A stretch of DNA of 64,000 nt from Candidatus Hydrogenedentota bacterium (GTDB lineage: Bacteria; Hydrogenedentota; Hydrogenedentia; Hydrogenedentales; SLHB01), in NCBI GenBank assembly GCA_963674865.2, contig CAXXYE010000009.1, forward strand, positions 1,376,001-1,440,000. Direction: 5' to 3'. The notes below the pieces were generated by a model. The model saw only the letters and a list, made by a program, of their open reading frames with translations. It did no database searches and was not told the origin of the DNA. Positions 21,701-31,191 of this stretch are shown here, piece after piece; the first letter of the stretch is position 1, and each line of letters begins with the position of its first letter. The position numbers and the translations under genes were made by a program.

Positions 21701-22007
21701 GGGGTGTTTGCCTCCCGCATAGATTAGTGAGAACCGTCGGACAGCTTGGTTGACGGTGGGCGTGACTATAGCACATTGGTTCAAGGTGATTCAGCCGCAC
21801 ACGATTGCCCGGGAGACATTTAAGCCGGGCCGCGGCCGCCTTCGGTAGATGCGCATGAATCCGATAACAGTGTTGCGCTCGGCGATCTTGGAGGGCCGTG
21901 CACATCTGAAGCGTTGCGGGAGGCTGTGGTCAGAAGGAAGGATTCCAGACGGTCAAGTTTATACTGGACAAACATGCGTAATTAGATTATATTATGTTAA
22001 GTGCGCC

Positions 22008-22053
22008 GGAATATGGTCCGTTTTGGAACATATTCCTACTTATATAATAGGAA
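22008..22053. promoter_or_regulatory. Two overlapping inverted repeats in an AT-rich intergenic stretch
   Basis: GGAATATG(22008)...CATATTCC(22036) and TTCCTA(22033)-CTTATATAA-TAGGAA(22053). Confidence 0.5.
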
Positions 22054-22251
22054 ATGGCCACTTAGTCAACGAGAAGAAAGTAAATGCACAGGTGTTCTGT
22101 CGCTAGGAGGAGCGATTCTTCAGGCCGTCGAGTTCGCGTTCAGCCTATAGCCGGTGGCGAGGAACGCAATAGCCATCTTAGGGTTTCATCTAGTAACCGA
22201 GTATACAAACGTTACCGGTAGACGGCCGGCAGGGCTGACAAGAGAGGCTGT

Positions 22252-22611
22252 ATGATGGTCACGGAGAAGCAAGATAAAAGACGCTACGAGCGTCGCCGCG
22301 CGCGGGTGGCCGCCCGGCTCATGTTCCATGGGCCGGATCGGCGCAAGACGGTGACCACCCTCGATCTGAGTGCTCAAGGCGCGCGTTTCAGCAACCACGA
22401 GTCGGTGAGAACCGACAAACCGGTTATTGTGCAGCTTCGGCTCGATCCGCATGGTGTACCTATCGAATGCAAGGGCCGTGTCTGCTGGTCCAAGAAGATG
22501 CCGGATTCCCGCTGCCACTTCGGGGTGCGGTTCGTGGACCTCAACGAAGAGGAGCAGTGGCGCGTCAGCGAGTTCCTTGGTGCGGGCCAGGGGGCCATGG
22601 CGCACGCCTAG
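22252..22611 (+). CDS. Stand-alone PilZ domain protein
   Basis: KRRYER (RxxxR) and DLSAQG (DxSxxG) c-di-GMP motifs; GRVCW...FGVRF. Confidence 0.88.
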   Translation: MMVTEKQDKRRYERRRARVAARLMFHGPDRRKTVTTLDLSAQGARFSNHESVRTDKPVIVQLRLDPHGVPIECKGRVCWSKKMPDSRCHFGVRFVDLNEEEQWRVSEFLGAGQGAMAHA

Positions 22612-22671
22612 CCTATTCAAGGAAGGTTTGGCAGTCTCAAGTCGTTAGAGCCCTTGCCCTTGATGCTGAGG

Positions 22672-23802
22672 TTAGGGCTTCTTGACGAACTTCTCGTCAC
22701 TATCTACGATCTGCGTCTTCACCTTGTCCCTTGCTCCGCGAAGCGCTTGGAGTTCCTGTTTGGTTGTGATGGGGCCGAACTCGAGATGTACTTCCTTGTG
22801 TTCGCCGGGGCGTAGCGAGTGCAAGAGGCCCTTTGTCTCGTCCACCTGGCGCCCTTGGACGCCGCAATTGCAGGGCTCAAGGCCGACCACGTAATCTTGT
22901 TCGCCCATTTGCTTCCACTGGGTGAAGCGGGGCAGTTCCTTCTTGTTATACTTGAGATAAACGCCGAAGCCTTCGCCGCCCCGTTTGAATCCGTTGTTTA
23001 CAATTGCACACGTCACCCATCCATTGCGATCCGGCGCCATGTCGTGGGCATAGCATTTCTCGGCGTAGTTGTGGATGGGCGGGTCGAGACGCCACCAGTT
23101 CTCCTTGCCATCCTGAGCTTCCGCGTCGCGCGGCGCGACGTAGCGGCTGGGCGTGATGAGTTCGGAGCCGGCGTCGACGGCGGGCCAGCCGATGTTGCAG
23201 TGGTATAGGAGCATGTACTTCGTTGTTTTGAAGCCTTCATTGGCGACGACGTCGTGGAGCCAGAAGCGGCGTTCGCCGAGCTTCGTCGATACGGTGCGCG
23301 TCAGCGTCAGGTTCTCGCCGAATACCACGGTTTCGCGCATTGTTCCGGTGACGCTGAGGATGTAGTCGCCGCCCACCCATTCTTGACGGATCTGGATGTT
23401 CTTGGCCGGGGTGTTGCCGATTCGCCCGTGCAGTCCCGTACCTAGAATGGCGCTTTCCTCCGTCGGCGCGCCGACGTTCATTAGGCCGCACGTGGTGACC
23501 AGTCCGCCAAAATAGCTTCGCAGCCAGCGGAGCCATTCGGCTTCGAAGTACTGCGGCGCTACGTCGCCCGTGGTTGAGCGCCATCCCATGGCTTTTCCGC
23601 AGAATGAGGCGGAGGCGATGTCCAGGCAGCGGTCGAGGAGAACCGTCAATTCGAGTCCGCTGCCTGTACGAATCTGCGCCGCCCGTGTGGGACGCTCGTT
23701 GCCGTCGTCCAACTGGACGGTGCGGATCGCGGCAATCTGATCCATATTACCGACGCGTTTGCGCAGTTCTTTCGTCGTGTATTTCTTGCCGTATATCTCC
23801 AT
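22672..23802 (-). CDS. Aldose 1-epimerase family protein (DUF4432)
   Basis: TGSGLELTVLLDRCLDI, GGLVTTCGL, GLHGRI, MLLYHCNIG, YVVGLEP motifs. Confidence 0.8.
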   Translation of the reverse strand: MEIYGKKYTTKELRKRVGNMDQIAAIRTVQLDDGNERPTRAAQIRTGSGLELTVLLDRCLDIASASFCGKAMGWRSTTGDVAPQYFEAEWLRWLRSYFGGLVTTCGLMNVGAPTEESAILGTGLHGRIGNTPAKNIQIRQEWVGGDYILSVTGTMRETVVFGENLTLTRTVSTKLGERRFWLHDVVANEGFKTTKYMLLYHCNIGWPAVDAGSELITPSRYVAPRDAEAQDGKENWWRLDPPIHNYAEKCYAHDMAPDRNGWVTCAIVNNGFKRGGEGFGVYLKYNKKELPRFTQWKQMGEQDYVVGLEPCNCGVQGRQVDETKGLLHSLRPGEHKEVHLEFGPITTKQELQALRGARDKVKTQIVDSDEKFVKKP

Positions 23803-23935
23803 GGCACCATCCTCCCGCCATATTGTCCCGTAGGTTTTCCCAAGGATAAAGGATCGGCCGCGGCAAGTCCATCCGCTCAATGGGCTCCCAATCCGCACGT
23901 AAGTCGGGCCGGTTTCGCGCCAATGGCGGGAATAT

Positions 23936-24053
23936 GCAGGCTGGAAGCCTGCGCCACGGTATGGCCCTTCTCGGGACTTTGGCAAGCGGGTCTTGACAAA
24001 TGCTGAGCGCGCCGGAGATTGTGGCGCAGGCATCCTGCCTGCCTCCGGCGCGC
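23936..24053. repeat. REP-like repeats (two copies in opposite orientation)
   Basis: GCAGGCTGGAAGCCTGCGCCAC (23936-57) and GTGGCGCAGGCATCCTGCCTGC (24021-42). The latter sits inside a GCGCGCCGGAG/CTCCGGCGCGC stem (24007-24053). Confidence 0.7.
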
Positions 24054-24234
24054 GTGCTTGGGATGCAGGACTACGCTTACGTGCGGATTCTGGCGGGCCG
24101 CGTGCGTGGTCGAGATGCCTCGACGTGGTCCCGGCTCAACGTTCCTGGAAAACGCCTGTCGTTCGGACTACAATCCAGGTGTCACCAAACCAATCAGCAT
24201 TGGCGCGGGCCGCGCCTGGATAGGGAGCAGCGGG

Positions 24235-25650
24235 ATGAAGGATCAGAAGACGACATTTGCGGTGTTTCTAGGGAACCGAGGATTCTTTCCAGCCAGCTTG
24301 ATGGATGGGGCGCGTGACGAGATTCCGCGCGTGCTGAAGGCGATGGGGCACGATTCAATCCTCCTCGAACGCGACGCCACGCGAAACGGGGCCGTGGAGA
24401 CGCCCGCCGAAGGCGAGATCTACGCCAACTTCCTTCGCGAGAACCGGGGGAAATTCGGCGGAGTTCTCCTCTGTTTGCCGAATTTCGGCGACGAAACGGG
24501 CGCCATTGCGGCGCTCAAGGATGCGGGCGTGCCCATCTTCATCCAGGCCTATCCGGACGAAATGGACAAGATGGCGCCGGCATTGCGGCGCGATTCGTTC
24601 TGCGGCAAGTTCTCGATCATGGACGTGTTCTACCAATACGGGCTGAAGTTCACCGTTGTGCCGCCCCACACCATCAGCCCGTCGAGCGATCGATTCCGCG
24701 AGCAGATGCGTTTCTTCGACGGCGTGTGCCGGGTGTACAACGGCGTCAAGCGTATGGTGGTAGGCGCCGTGGGAGCGCGCACGACGGCCTTCAAGACGGT
24801 GCGCATCGATGAGGTGGCCTTGCAGCGCCACGATATCACCATGGAAACACTCGACCTGAGCGATATCTTCAAGCGCATGGAGGATGTCCCGAAGGATGAT
24901 GTGTACAAGGCCAAAGCGGAGGCGCTCGAAGACGTGGCGAGTTGGGAGGGTGTCCCGGCGGAGGCCAAAGACAAGCTCGTCCGGCTTGGCGTCGTCCTGG
25001 ATCAGGTTATCGACGAGTACAAGATGGACGCCCTCGCCCTTCGCTGCTGGGTCGAGATGCAGAAACACTTGGGCATCTCGCCGTGCGTGCTGTTGAGCGA
25101 ACTCAACGATCGGGGCATGCCCGCGGCGTGCGAGGTGGATGTGGGCAACGCCGTCGCCATGTACGCATTGAGTTTGGCCTCAGGTAAGCCGGCCACATGT
25201 CTGGACTGGAACAATAACTACGGCGACGAAGACGACAAGTGCATCCTGTTCCACTGCGGGCCGGTGCCGAAGAGCCTGATGAGCGCCAAGGGCCGCATCG
25301 TGGATCACGCCATCCTGGCCAACGCCGTCGGCGAAGGGTGCAGCTACGGATGCAACGTGGGCCGGATCGCTCCCGTCGAATTCTCGTTCGGCAGCATGAT
25401 GACTTTCAACGGCAAGCCGCGGTTCTATCTCGGCGGTGGGACGTTCACGGCCGATCCGATCCCGGAGGATTTCTTCGGGTGCGCGGGCGTGGCCCAGATC
25501 GAGCAGCTCCAGGACGTGTTGCTTCACGTCGGTAAGAACGGCTACCGCCATCACGTGAGCGCCACCCCTGGCGATGTGGTGGCGCCGGTGCGTGAAGCCC
25601 TCGAGAATTACATGGGCCTCGAAGTGGCTGTGCCGCAAACCGACGGCTAG
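24235..25650 (+). CDS. L-fucose/L-arabinose isomerase family protein
   Basis: GNRGFFP, LPNFGDE, RRDSFCGK, RCW, ACEVD, LDWNNNY, FHCG, YRHHV motifs. Confidence 0.8.
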   Translation: MKDQKTTFAVFLGNRGFFPASLMDGARDEIPRVLKAMGHDSILLERDATRNGAVETPAEGEIYANFLRENRGKFGGVLLCLPNFGDETGAIAALKDAGVPIFIQAYPDEMDKMAPALRRDSFCGKFSIMDVFYQYGLKFTVVPPHTISPSSDRFREQMRFFDGVCRVYNGVKRMVVGAVGARTTAFKTVRIDEVALQRHDITMETLDLSDIFKRMEDVPKDDVYKAKAEALEDVASWEGVPAEAKDKLVRLGVVLDQVIDEYKMDALALRCWVEMQKHLGISPCVLLSELNDRGMPAACEVDVGNAVAMYALSLASGKPATCLDWNNNYGDEDDKCILFHCGPVPKSLMSAKGRIVDHAILANAVGEGCSYGCNVGRIAPVEFSFGSMMTFNGKPRFYLGGGTFTADPIPEDFFGCAGVAQIEQLQDVLLHVGKNGYRHHVSATPGDVVAPVREALENYMGLEVAVPQTDG

Positions 25651-25659
25651 ACTTGCGTC

Positions 25660-27162
25660 ATGAGTCTGCTGGGAATCGACGTCGGGACAACCGGCTGCAA
25701 GGCCGCAGCCTTCTCCAAAGCAGGGGAACTGCTCGCTTCGGCCTACCGTGAGTACGATATCCGGCGTCCCCAGTCCGGCTGGGCGGAACTCGATCCAGAG
25801 GAGGTTTGGCAAGCCGTCCGTGAGGTTATCGCCGAGGCCGCGGCGCGGACGCAAGGCGATCCGGTTACGGCGCTGGCCGTAGCGTCGCTTGGCGAGGCCG
25901 TGGTGCCCGTGGGCCGGGATGGCGAGATCTTGGGGCCATCCATTCTGAATTTCGACGAGCGGGGCGCCGAGTACATCGAGCCGCTTTCCGGGAAGCTGCC
26001 TGATGAGCACCTATATCGCGTCAACGGCAACACCCTCGGCAATCATTACGGCCTCACCAAGTTGATGTGGCTTCGCGATCACGCGTCGCGTGTGTACGAG
26101 AACGCCGATAAGTGCCTGCTGTGGGGGGCGTTTGTCTCCGTGATGCTTGGAGCGGAGCCCGTCGTTGACTACTCGCTGGCTAACCGCACGCTGCTCTTCG
26201 ACGTGGATCAGGCGGCGTGGTCCGATGAGCTAATCGACTGGGCAGGCCTGGATGAGTCCAAGCTGCCTGACACGGCTCCATCCGGCGCGGTTATTGGGGA
26301 AGTTCGGGCAGCATTGGCCGCGGAGCTTGGCCTTCCACCGGGCGTCGCCATCGCGACAGGCGCCCATGATCAATGCGCCAATGCGGTAGGCTGCGGGGTG
26401 CTGGCCGAGGGCGACGCCATGTTCGGGATGGGGACGTACTTCTGCATCCTGCCCGTGTTTTCGGAGCGCCGAGCTCCTTCCGTGATGATGGCCCACGGCT
26501 TGAATACGGAGCATCACGCCGCGCCGGATCGATTCGCCTGCTTCATCTACAACCACGGCGGCAGCCTGCTGAAATGGCACCGGGACACGTTCGCGGCCGC
26601 CGACTGCGAGGTCGCCCGGCAATCAGGCCGCGACCTCTACGCCGATCTCATTGCCGAAGCGCCCGAAGGGCCGAGCAGCGTGATGGTCTTGCCCCATTTC
26701 TCGACGACGGGGCCGCCTGAGTTCATCGCCGACTCGAGCGGCGTCATGGCCGGGCTGCGATTAGAGACTACTCGCGGGGACGTGCTGAAAGGCATCTTCG
26801 AGGGCACACTCTTCTACCTGCGTGAGTGTCTCGAAGCTTTGCCGGAAGCAGGCATCGCGATCGAGCATTTCCGGGCGGTAGGCGGGGGCAGCAAGTCGGA
26901 TACCTGGCTTCAAGTCTGTGCCGATATCCTCGGCCGTCCCCTGACACGGGTGAAGGTGGCGGAGGCCGGGGCATTGGGCGCGGCCATCCTCGCCGGCGCC
27001 GCGACGGGCGTCTTCCAGTCGGTGGAGGAGGGGGCTGACGTCATGGTAGGAACCGAACGGATATTTGAGCCTGATTCGGCCAGCCAGACGCAGTACGATG
27101 TTCGATTCGGCAAGTACCGTAACCTCTGGCCGCTGATGAAGAAATACTTGCGGGAATTGTGA
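25660..27162 (+). CDS. FGGY-family carbohydrate kinase
   Basis: LLGIDVGTTGCKA, DYSLANRT, GAHDQ, VGGGSKSD, GALGAAILA motifs. Confidence 0.9.
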   Translation: MSLLGIDVGTTGCKAAAFSKAGELLASAYREYDIRRPQSGWAELDPEEVWQAVREVIAEAAARTQGDPVTALAVASLGEAVVPVGRDGEILGPSILNFDERGAEYIEPLSGKLPDEHLYRVNGNTLGNHYGLTKLMWLRDHASRVYENADKCLLWGAFVSVMLGAEPVVDYSLANRTLLFDVDQAAWSDELIDWAGLDESKLPDTAPSGAVIGEVRAALAAELGLPPGVAIATGAHDQCANAVGCGVLAEGDAMFGMGTYFCILPVFSERRAPSVMMAHGLNTEHHAAPDRFACFIYNHGGSLLKWHRDTFAAADCEVARQSGRDLYADLIAEAPEGPSSVMVLPHFSTTGPPEFIADSSGVMAGLRLETTRGDVLKGIFEGTLFYLRECLEALPEAGIAIEHFRAVGGGSKSDTWLQVCADILGRPLTRVKVAEAGALGAAILAGAATGVFQSVEEGADVMVGTERIFEPDSASQTQYDVRFGKYRNLWPLMKKYLREL

Positions 27163-27184
27163 ACGTGAATTTCAGGAAGGGCGC

Positions 27185-28243
27185 ATGAAGGAGCCATTGA
27201 TTGTAGCAAGTCTTGTGATCGCCGTCGGATTCCTTTGCTGTGTCGCCGGGGAGGCCCGGGCAGGAGCGAAGCTGGATTGGATGAAGCGAGTGTACGCCGA
27301 CGGCCGGCACAACGCGTTCACCGATCTGGCCTATTGGCGCGGCCACTACTACCTGTGCTTCCGGCACGCCGCGTCGCACATGTCCATGGACGGTGACATC
27401 CGTGTGATGCGCAGCGCCGACATGAGAACCTGGGAGCCGTGCGGCGCGCTGAATACGCTCGGAGATGATCGCGATCCGCATTTCGCCGCCACAAACGATG
27501 CCCTTTACGTCTACTTCGGCACGTGGGACTTAGTCCACGGTGAAGGCCCCGCCCCGCCCGATCGCGGCGCGGTGCGCACTCATTGCGCGTCCACGGCCGA
27601 TGGCGAGCGGTGGTCCGAGGTGCGCGGCGTTTACAAGCCCGGTTGGTGGCTCTGGCGCGTCCGTTGGCACGACGGGGCCTTCTACAGCCCAGCGTACACA
27701 GCGGTGCGGCCCAAGCCTTCCTCGCGCGAGACAAGGCTGCTGCGCTCTGAAGATGGAATTGAATGGAGTCTGGCCAGTGTCGTCACGAAGGAGCGCATGG
27801 CGGGCGAGGCGGACGTGCGGTTTCAGCCCGATGGCTCCATGTGGCTCATCACTCGAACGGGCGACGGGGACGGCAACGCACTCTGGTTTCGCAGCGATCC
27901 AACGCGGACTACCTGGGAGAGCACCAATACGGGGGCGCTGGTTCACGCGCCCGTCATCGCCAAGTGGCGGGAGCGGTACTTCATCGCCGGGCGTGGCCGC
28001 GGCGCCGAGGGAAGTGTTACCAGAGTATGGGAACTAGTGGATGGCTGTGCTGAGGAGCAAATCACCTTGCCGAGCGGAGGGGATACGTCCTATCCCGGCC
28101 TGGTTGCGGATCCGGCATCGCTCAGCGGCAATGAACCGACTCTATTCATCAGTTGGTATTCGCAGCACGAGCGCGACGACATTCCCAACGGCGGCCAAGA
28201 CACGTCGAGCGTCTACGTGGGCCGAATCATCGTCTCGCCGTAG
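27185..28243 (+). CDS. Secreted sialidase/BNR-like beta-propeller protein
   Basis: Signal peptide; HNAFTDL, Asp-box-like RSADMRTW / STADGERW / RSEDGIEW; LPSGGDTSYPG. Confidence 0.65.
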   Translation: MKEPLIVASLVIAVGFLCCVAGEARAGAKLDWMKRVYADGRHNAFTDLAYWRGHYYLCFRHAASHMSMDGDIRVMRSADMRTWEPCGALNTLGDDRDPHFAATNDALYVYFGTWDLVHGEGPAPPDRGAVRTHCASTADGERWSEVRGVYKPGWWLWRVRWHDGAFYSPAYTAVRPKPSSRETRLLRSEDGIEWSLASVVTKERMAGEADVRFQPDGSMWLITRTGDGDGNALWFRSDPTRTTWESTNTGALVHAPVIAKWRERYFIAGRGRGAEGSVTRVWELVDGCAEEQITLPSGGDTSYPGLVADPASLSGNEPTLFISWYSQHERDDIPNGGQDTSSVYVGRIIVSP

Positions 28244-28321
28244 GCCCTGCCGGAATTGGGCGCCGCCAGCGCCATCCGATATACTCAACGAGGTTGTTGT
28301 GCAGCGACAGGGACTCGAACC

Positions 28322-29300
28322 ATGACGTCATCCCAGGCCGACGCCATCGCACTCAGGTTTGAACTCGGCAGAGTCGTGCGGTGGGAGCGGCTGGGCGGCA
28401 CGCGGAACTGCAACTTCCTGCTGCATACGTCGACGGGGCCGTGGTTTGTGCGGCGCCGCCATCCCGCCTATTGCGGTGATGGCTGGATCCGGTTCGATCA
28501 CGAGTTAGCGCGTTACCTAAGCGAACGCGGTGTCGCGGTTGAGCCGCCGCGGGCTTCGGATCGAGGCGACGCCGTGCTGCGCGACGGCAATGATATCTGG
28601 CAAGTCCACGCATTCGTCACCGGCGAGCAACTGCGGGAGGGTGCATCCGGAAGATCTGCAAGCGTTGGCCGAGGGACTCGCTCAGTTCCACCGCGCGGCG
28701 CAAGGATTCAACAGGCACGCCAGGAAACTGGGGCCGCGCGGCGAAACCGACCCGGTGGAACTGCGTGCCCAGTGCCACGAACTCGAAGCCGGATCGCCCG
28801 AGTGCGCGCAAGCACTCAAGCCCTTACGTGAATGGCTCGCGGCGGCGGAGATCACTTTTCCCGAACGCGTGTTCACGGCGCTGCCGGCCACGGTGGTGCA
28901 CGGCGACGTGCAGCCTGCCAACGTGTTGGTGCGCGGCGGGCGCGTGGCGGCTTTCGTGGACTTGGATTGGTGCGCGTGGCGGCCGCGCATCTATGACTTG
29001 GCCTTCGCCATCCTGTTCTGCTGCGCCACCCACGAGACGCCTATCCAAGGCGGGGATGTTTGGTCGTTGACGCAGCCGCCCCGTGTCGACGCCGATGTTG
29101 TCCGGAGCTTCGTTGGGGCATATGAGCGGCACACGCAGCCATTGATCCCACAGGAACGGGAAGTCCTGCCGTCCCAGCTCGTGCTAAGCTGGTGTCATTG
29201 CCGCATTGGCGGTGCGTTCAAGGTGTCTGCGGGCGAGCGGACGGCGTTCCTGTCGCGTGCTCCCCATACGCTCGACGAGTTGCTTCCGGGGAGGGTGTAG
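28322..29300 (+). pseudogene. APH / type II homoserine kinase-like phosphotransferase, frameshifted
   Basis: N-lobe (GGTRNCNF...FVRR) is in the frame of ATG 28322; C-lobe (LAQFH, VHGDVQPANVL, VDLDW, YDLA) is in another frame. Shift at about 28640-28643. Confidence 0.75.
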
Positions 29301-29305
29301 CCGGT

Positions 29306-30292
29306 TTGGTTTTTCCGCTGTGGTACTTGGTCGGCCTAGTGTTCTTCTGGGCGTTGGTGCCGGCCGGTGTCTTGGTGGGCGTGGACGCTCTACGGAAGAA
29401 GCGCCGGCGGTTGACTCTTCGCCACCAGCAATGGTTCTGGGCGTATGCATTTCTCGCAGCCTCATTGGCGTGGTCCAGCTTGTTCCTGTTCGTGCCGTTG
29501 GCGCAGGCCGTCGTGCAAAGTTTCACCAACCTGAGCCTGTCGAGTGCCGCCGCCACCACCTGGGTCGGCCTCCGCAATTACACCAACACCCTCAAGGACC
29601 CCTTCTGGTGGCACGCGCTGTTCGTCACCTTTGTGTACGTCGTGTTCACCGTGCCTGCGGGGATTCTCATGAGCATGTTCTTGGCGGTGCAGATCCTCAA
29701 GCAGCCCAAGCCGCTGCAAACCTTCTTCAAGGCCGCGCTGTACGTGCCCGGCGTGGTCAGTCCCGTCGTGGGCGCGGCCGTTATGAAATGGGTATTCCAC
29801 AGCGGAGACGGATTCGCCAACGCATTGCTGCGGAGCGTGGGGTTGCCGCCGCAGAACTGGTTTGCGGATCCGGCGCTCGCGATGCCGGTGCTCATCGCCA
29901 TGGTGTGGTTATCGGCGAATGGCGTTGGGGTGATCGTCTACGCCGCGGCCATCGGGAACATCCCGAAGACGTACTACGAAGTAGCCAAGATTGACGGCGC
30001 GTCGCCGTGGCGCGTGTTCTTCTCGGTGACATGGCCGCTGGTGAAGCCGACGACGATTTTCGTAACGATCACGGGACTCATCGCGGGATTCCAGGTGTTC
30101 GCGCCCGCCCTCCTCATCACAGGCGGCGGGCCACTGAAGACGACGTATTTCGTCAACTACCATATCTACCGGACGTTCTACTACGAGAATGATTTCGGCA
30201 TGGCGTCCACGATGGCGGTGCTGCTGATGGCGGTTGTCGTGGCGGTGTCCGTCGTGAACTACCGGTGGCTGGCCACGGACGTCGAGTACTGA
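29306..30292 (+). CDS. Carbohydrate ABC transporter permease
   Basis: WVGLRNY, YYEVAKIDGAS (EAA loop), TWPLVKP, multiple TM segments. Start uncertain. Confidence 0.88.
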   Translation: MVFPLWYLVGLVFFWALVPAGVLVGVDALRKKRRRLTLRHQQWFWAYAFLAASLAWSSLFLFVPLAQAVVQSFTNLSLSSAAATTWVGLRNYTNTLKDPFWWHALFVTFVYVVFTVPAGILMSMFLAVQILKQPKPLQTFFKAALYVPGVVSPVVGAAVMKWVFHSGDGFANALLRSVGLPPQNWFADPALAMPVLIAMVWLSANGVGVIVYAAAIGNIPKTYYEVAKIDGASPWRVFFSVTWPLVKPTTIFVTITGLIAGFQVFAPALLITGGGPLKTTYFVNYHIYRTFYYENDFGMASTMAVLLMAVVVAVSVVNYRWLATDVEY

Positions 30293-30323
30293 TGGCCGGC
30301 ACACCGCGAGAGGCAAAGAGTCG

Positions 30324-31187
30324 ATGACGCGCGTAGGACAACGGGGCACTCTTGTCGGGCGGGCGGGGGCCTTTGTCATCCTGTTGTTCTTCACGACGGT
30401 CTCCCTTGCGTCCCTCTATTTGATGGTGACGAGCAGCCTCACCCATTTGGGCACATCCTTCGAGCTATCCGACCTGGACTGGTATCCGAAGGATTGGGCT
30501 TGGGATAATTTCTCCGGATTCTTCGCGCTCACGCGTGGCGCCGGCTTCATCTGGTTTCGCAATAGCCTAATCGTCGCAGTGGTCCCTACCGTGTTCAACC
30601 TCTTCTTCTCCGCCATGGCGGGATACGCCCTTGCGAAGATCGACTTTCCGGGGCGGCTCGCTATCTTCTGGCTCATCATCGCCGTCATGGCCGTACCTGC
30701 ATTCGTAACGCTCATCCCCCTGTACCAGATGATGTTCCGCTTCGCCTGGTTCGACACCTTCTTCGCGCTGCTCATTCCTCGCATGGCCGGCTTGGGGGCG
30801 GTTTTCCTCTTCAAGCAGTTCATGACGACTCTACCGAAGGACTTGATGGAGGCAGCCCGCGTGGACGGCGCCTCTGAGTGGTCCATCTTCCGGCGGATCG
30901 TGCTGCCCATGGCCCGGCCCGTCCTTGCGGTGATGTTCCTGCTCGATTTTGTCGCCGCGTGGAACGACTATTTCTGGCCGTACCTCGTCACCAACTCAAA
31001 GGACCTCATGACGATGCAGGTGGGACTGATCTCGCTCATGGGAGTGGATCAGGGATTTGTGCTGCAATTGGACTACGGCGTGGTGATGGCCGGCGCCGTG
31101 CTGGCGAGCCTGCCGGTTATCGCCCTGTTCATAGCGCTGCAACGCCATTTCGTGCGCGGCCTAACCATCGGGGCCGTCAAGGGGTGA
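30324..31187 (+). CDS. Carbohydrate ABC transporter permease
   Basis: AMAGYALAK, LMEAARVDGA, WNDYFWP, LQRHFVRGL..GAVKG motifs. Confidence 0.92.
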   Translation: MTRVGQRGTLVGRAGAFVILLFFTTVSLASLYLMVTSSLTHLGTSFELSDLDWYPKDWAWDNFSGFFALTRGAGFIWFRNSLIVAVVPTVFNLFFSAMAGYALAKIDFPGRLAIFWLIIAVMAVPAFVTLIPLYQMMFRFAWFDTFFALLIPRMAGLGAVFLFKQFMTTLPKDLMEAARVDGASEWSIFRRIVLPMARPVLAVMFLLDFVAAWNDYFWPYLVTNSKDLMTMQVGLISLMGVDQGFVLQLDYGVVMAGAVLASLPVIALFIALQRHFVRGLTIGAVKG

Positions 31188-31191
31188 GCTG

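Noticed and set aside
21701..21950. T-box or attenuator upstream of leuS
   Set aside because: No T-box consensus or Leu-rich leader peptide is recognisable.
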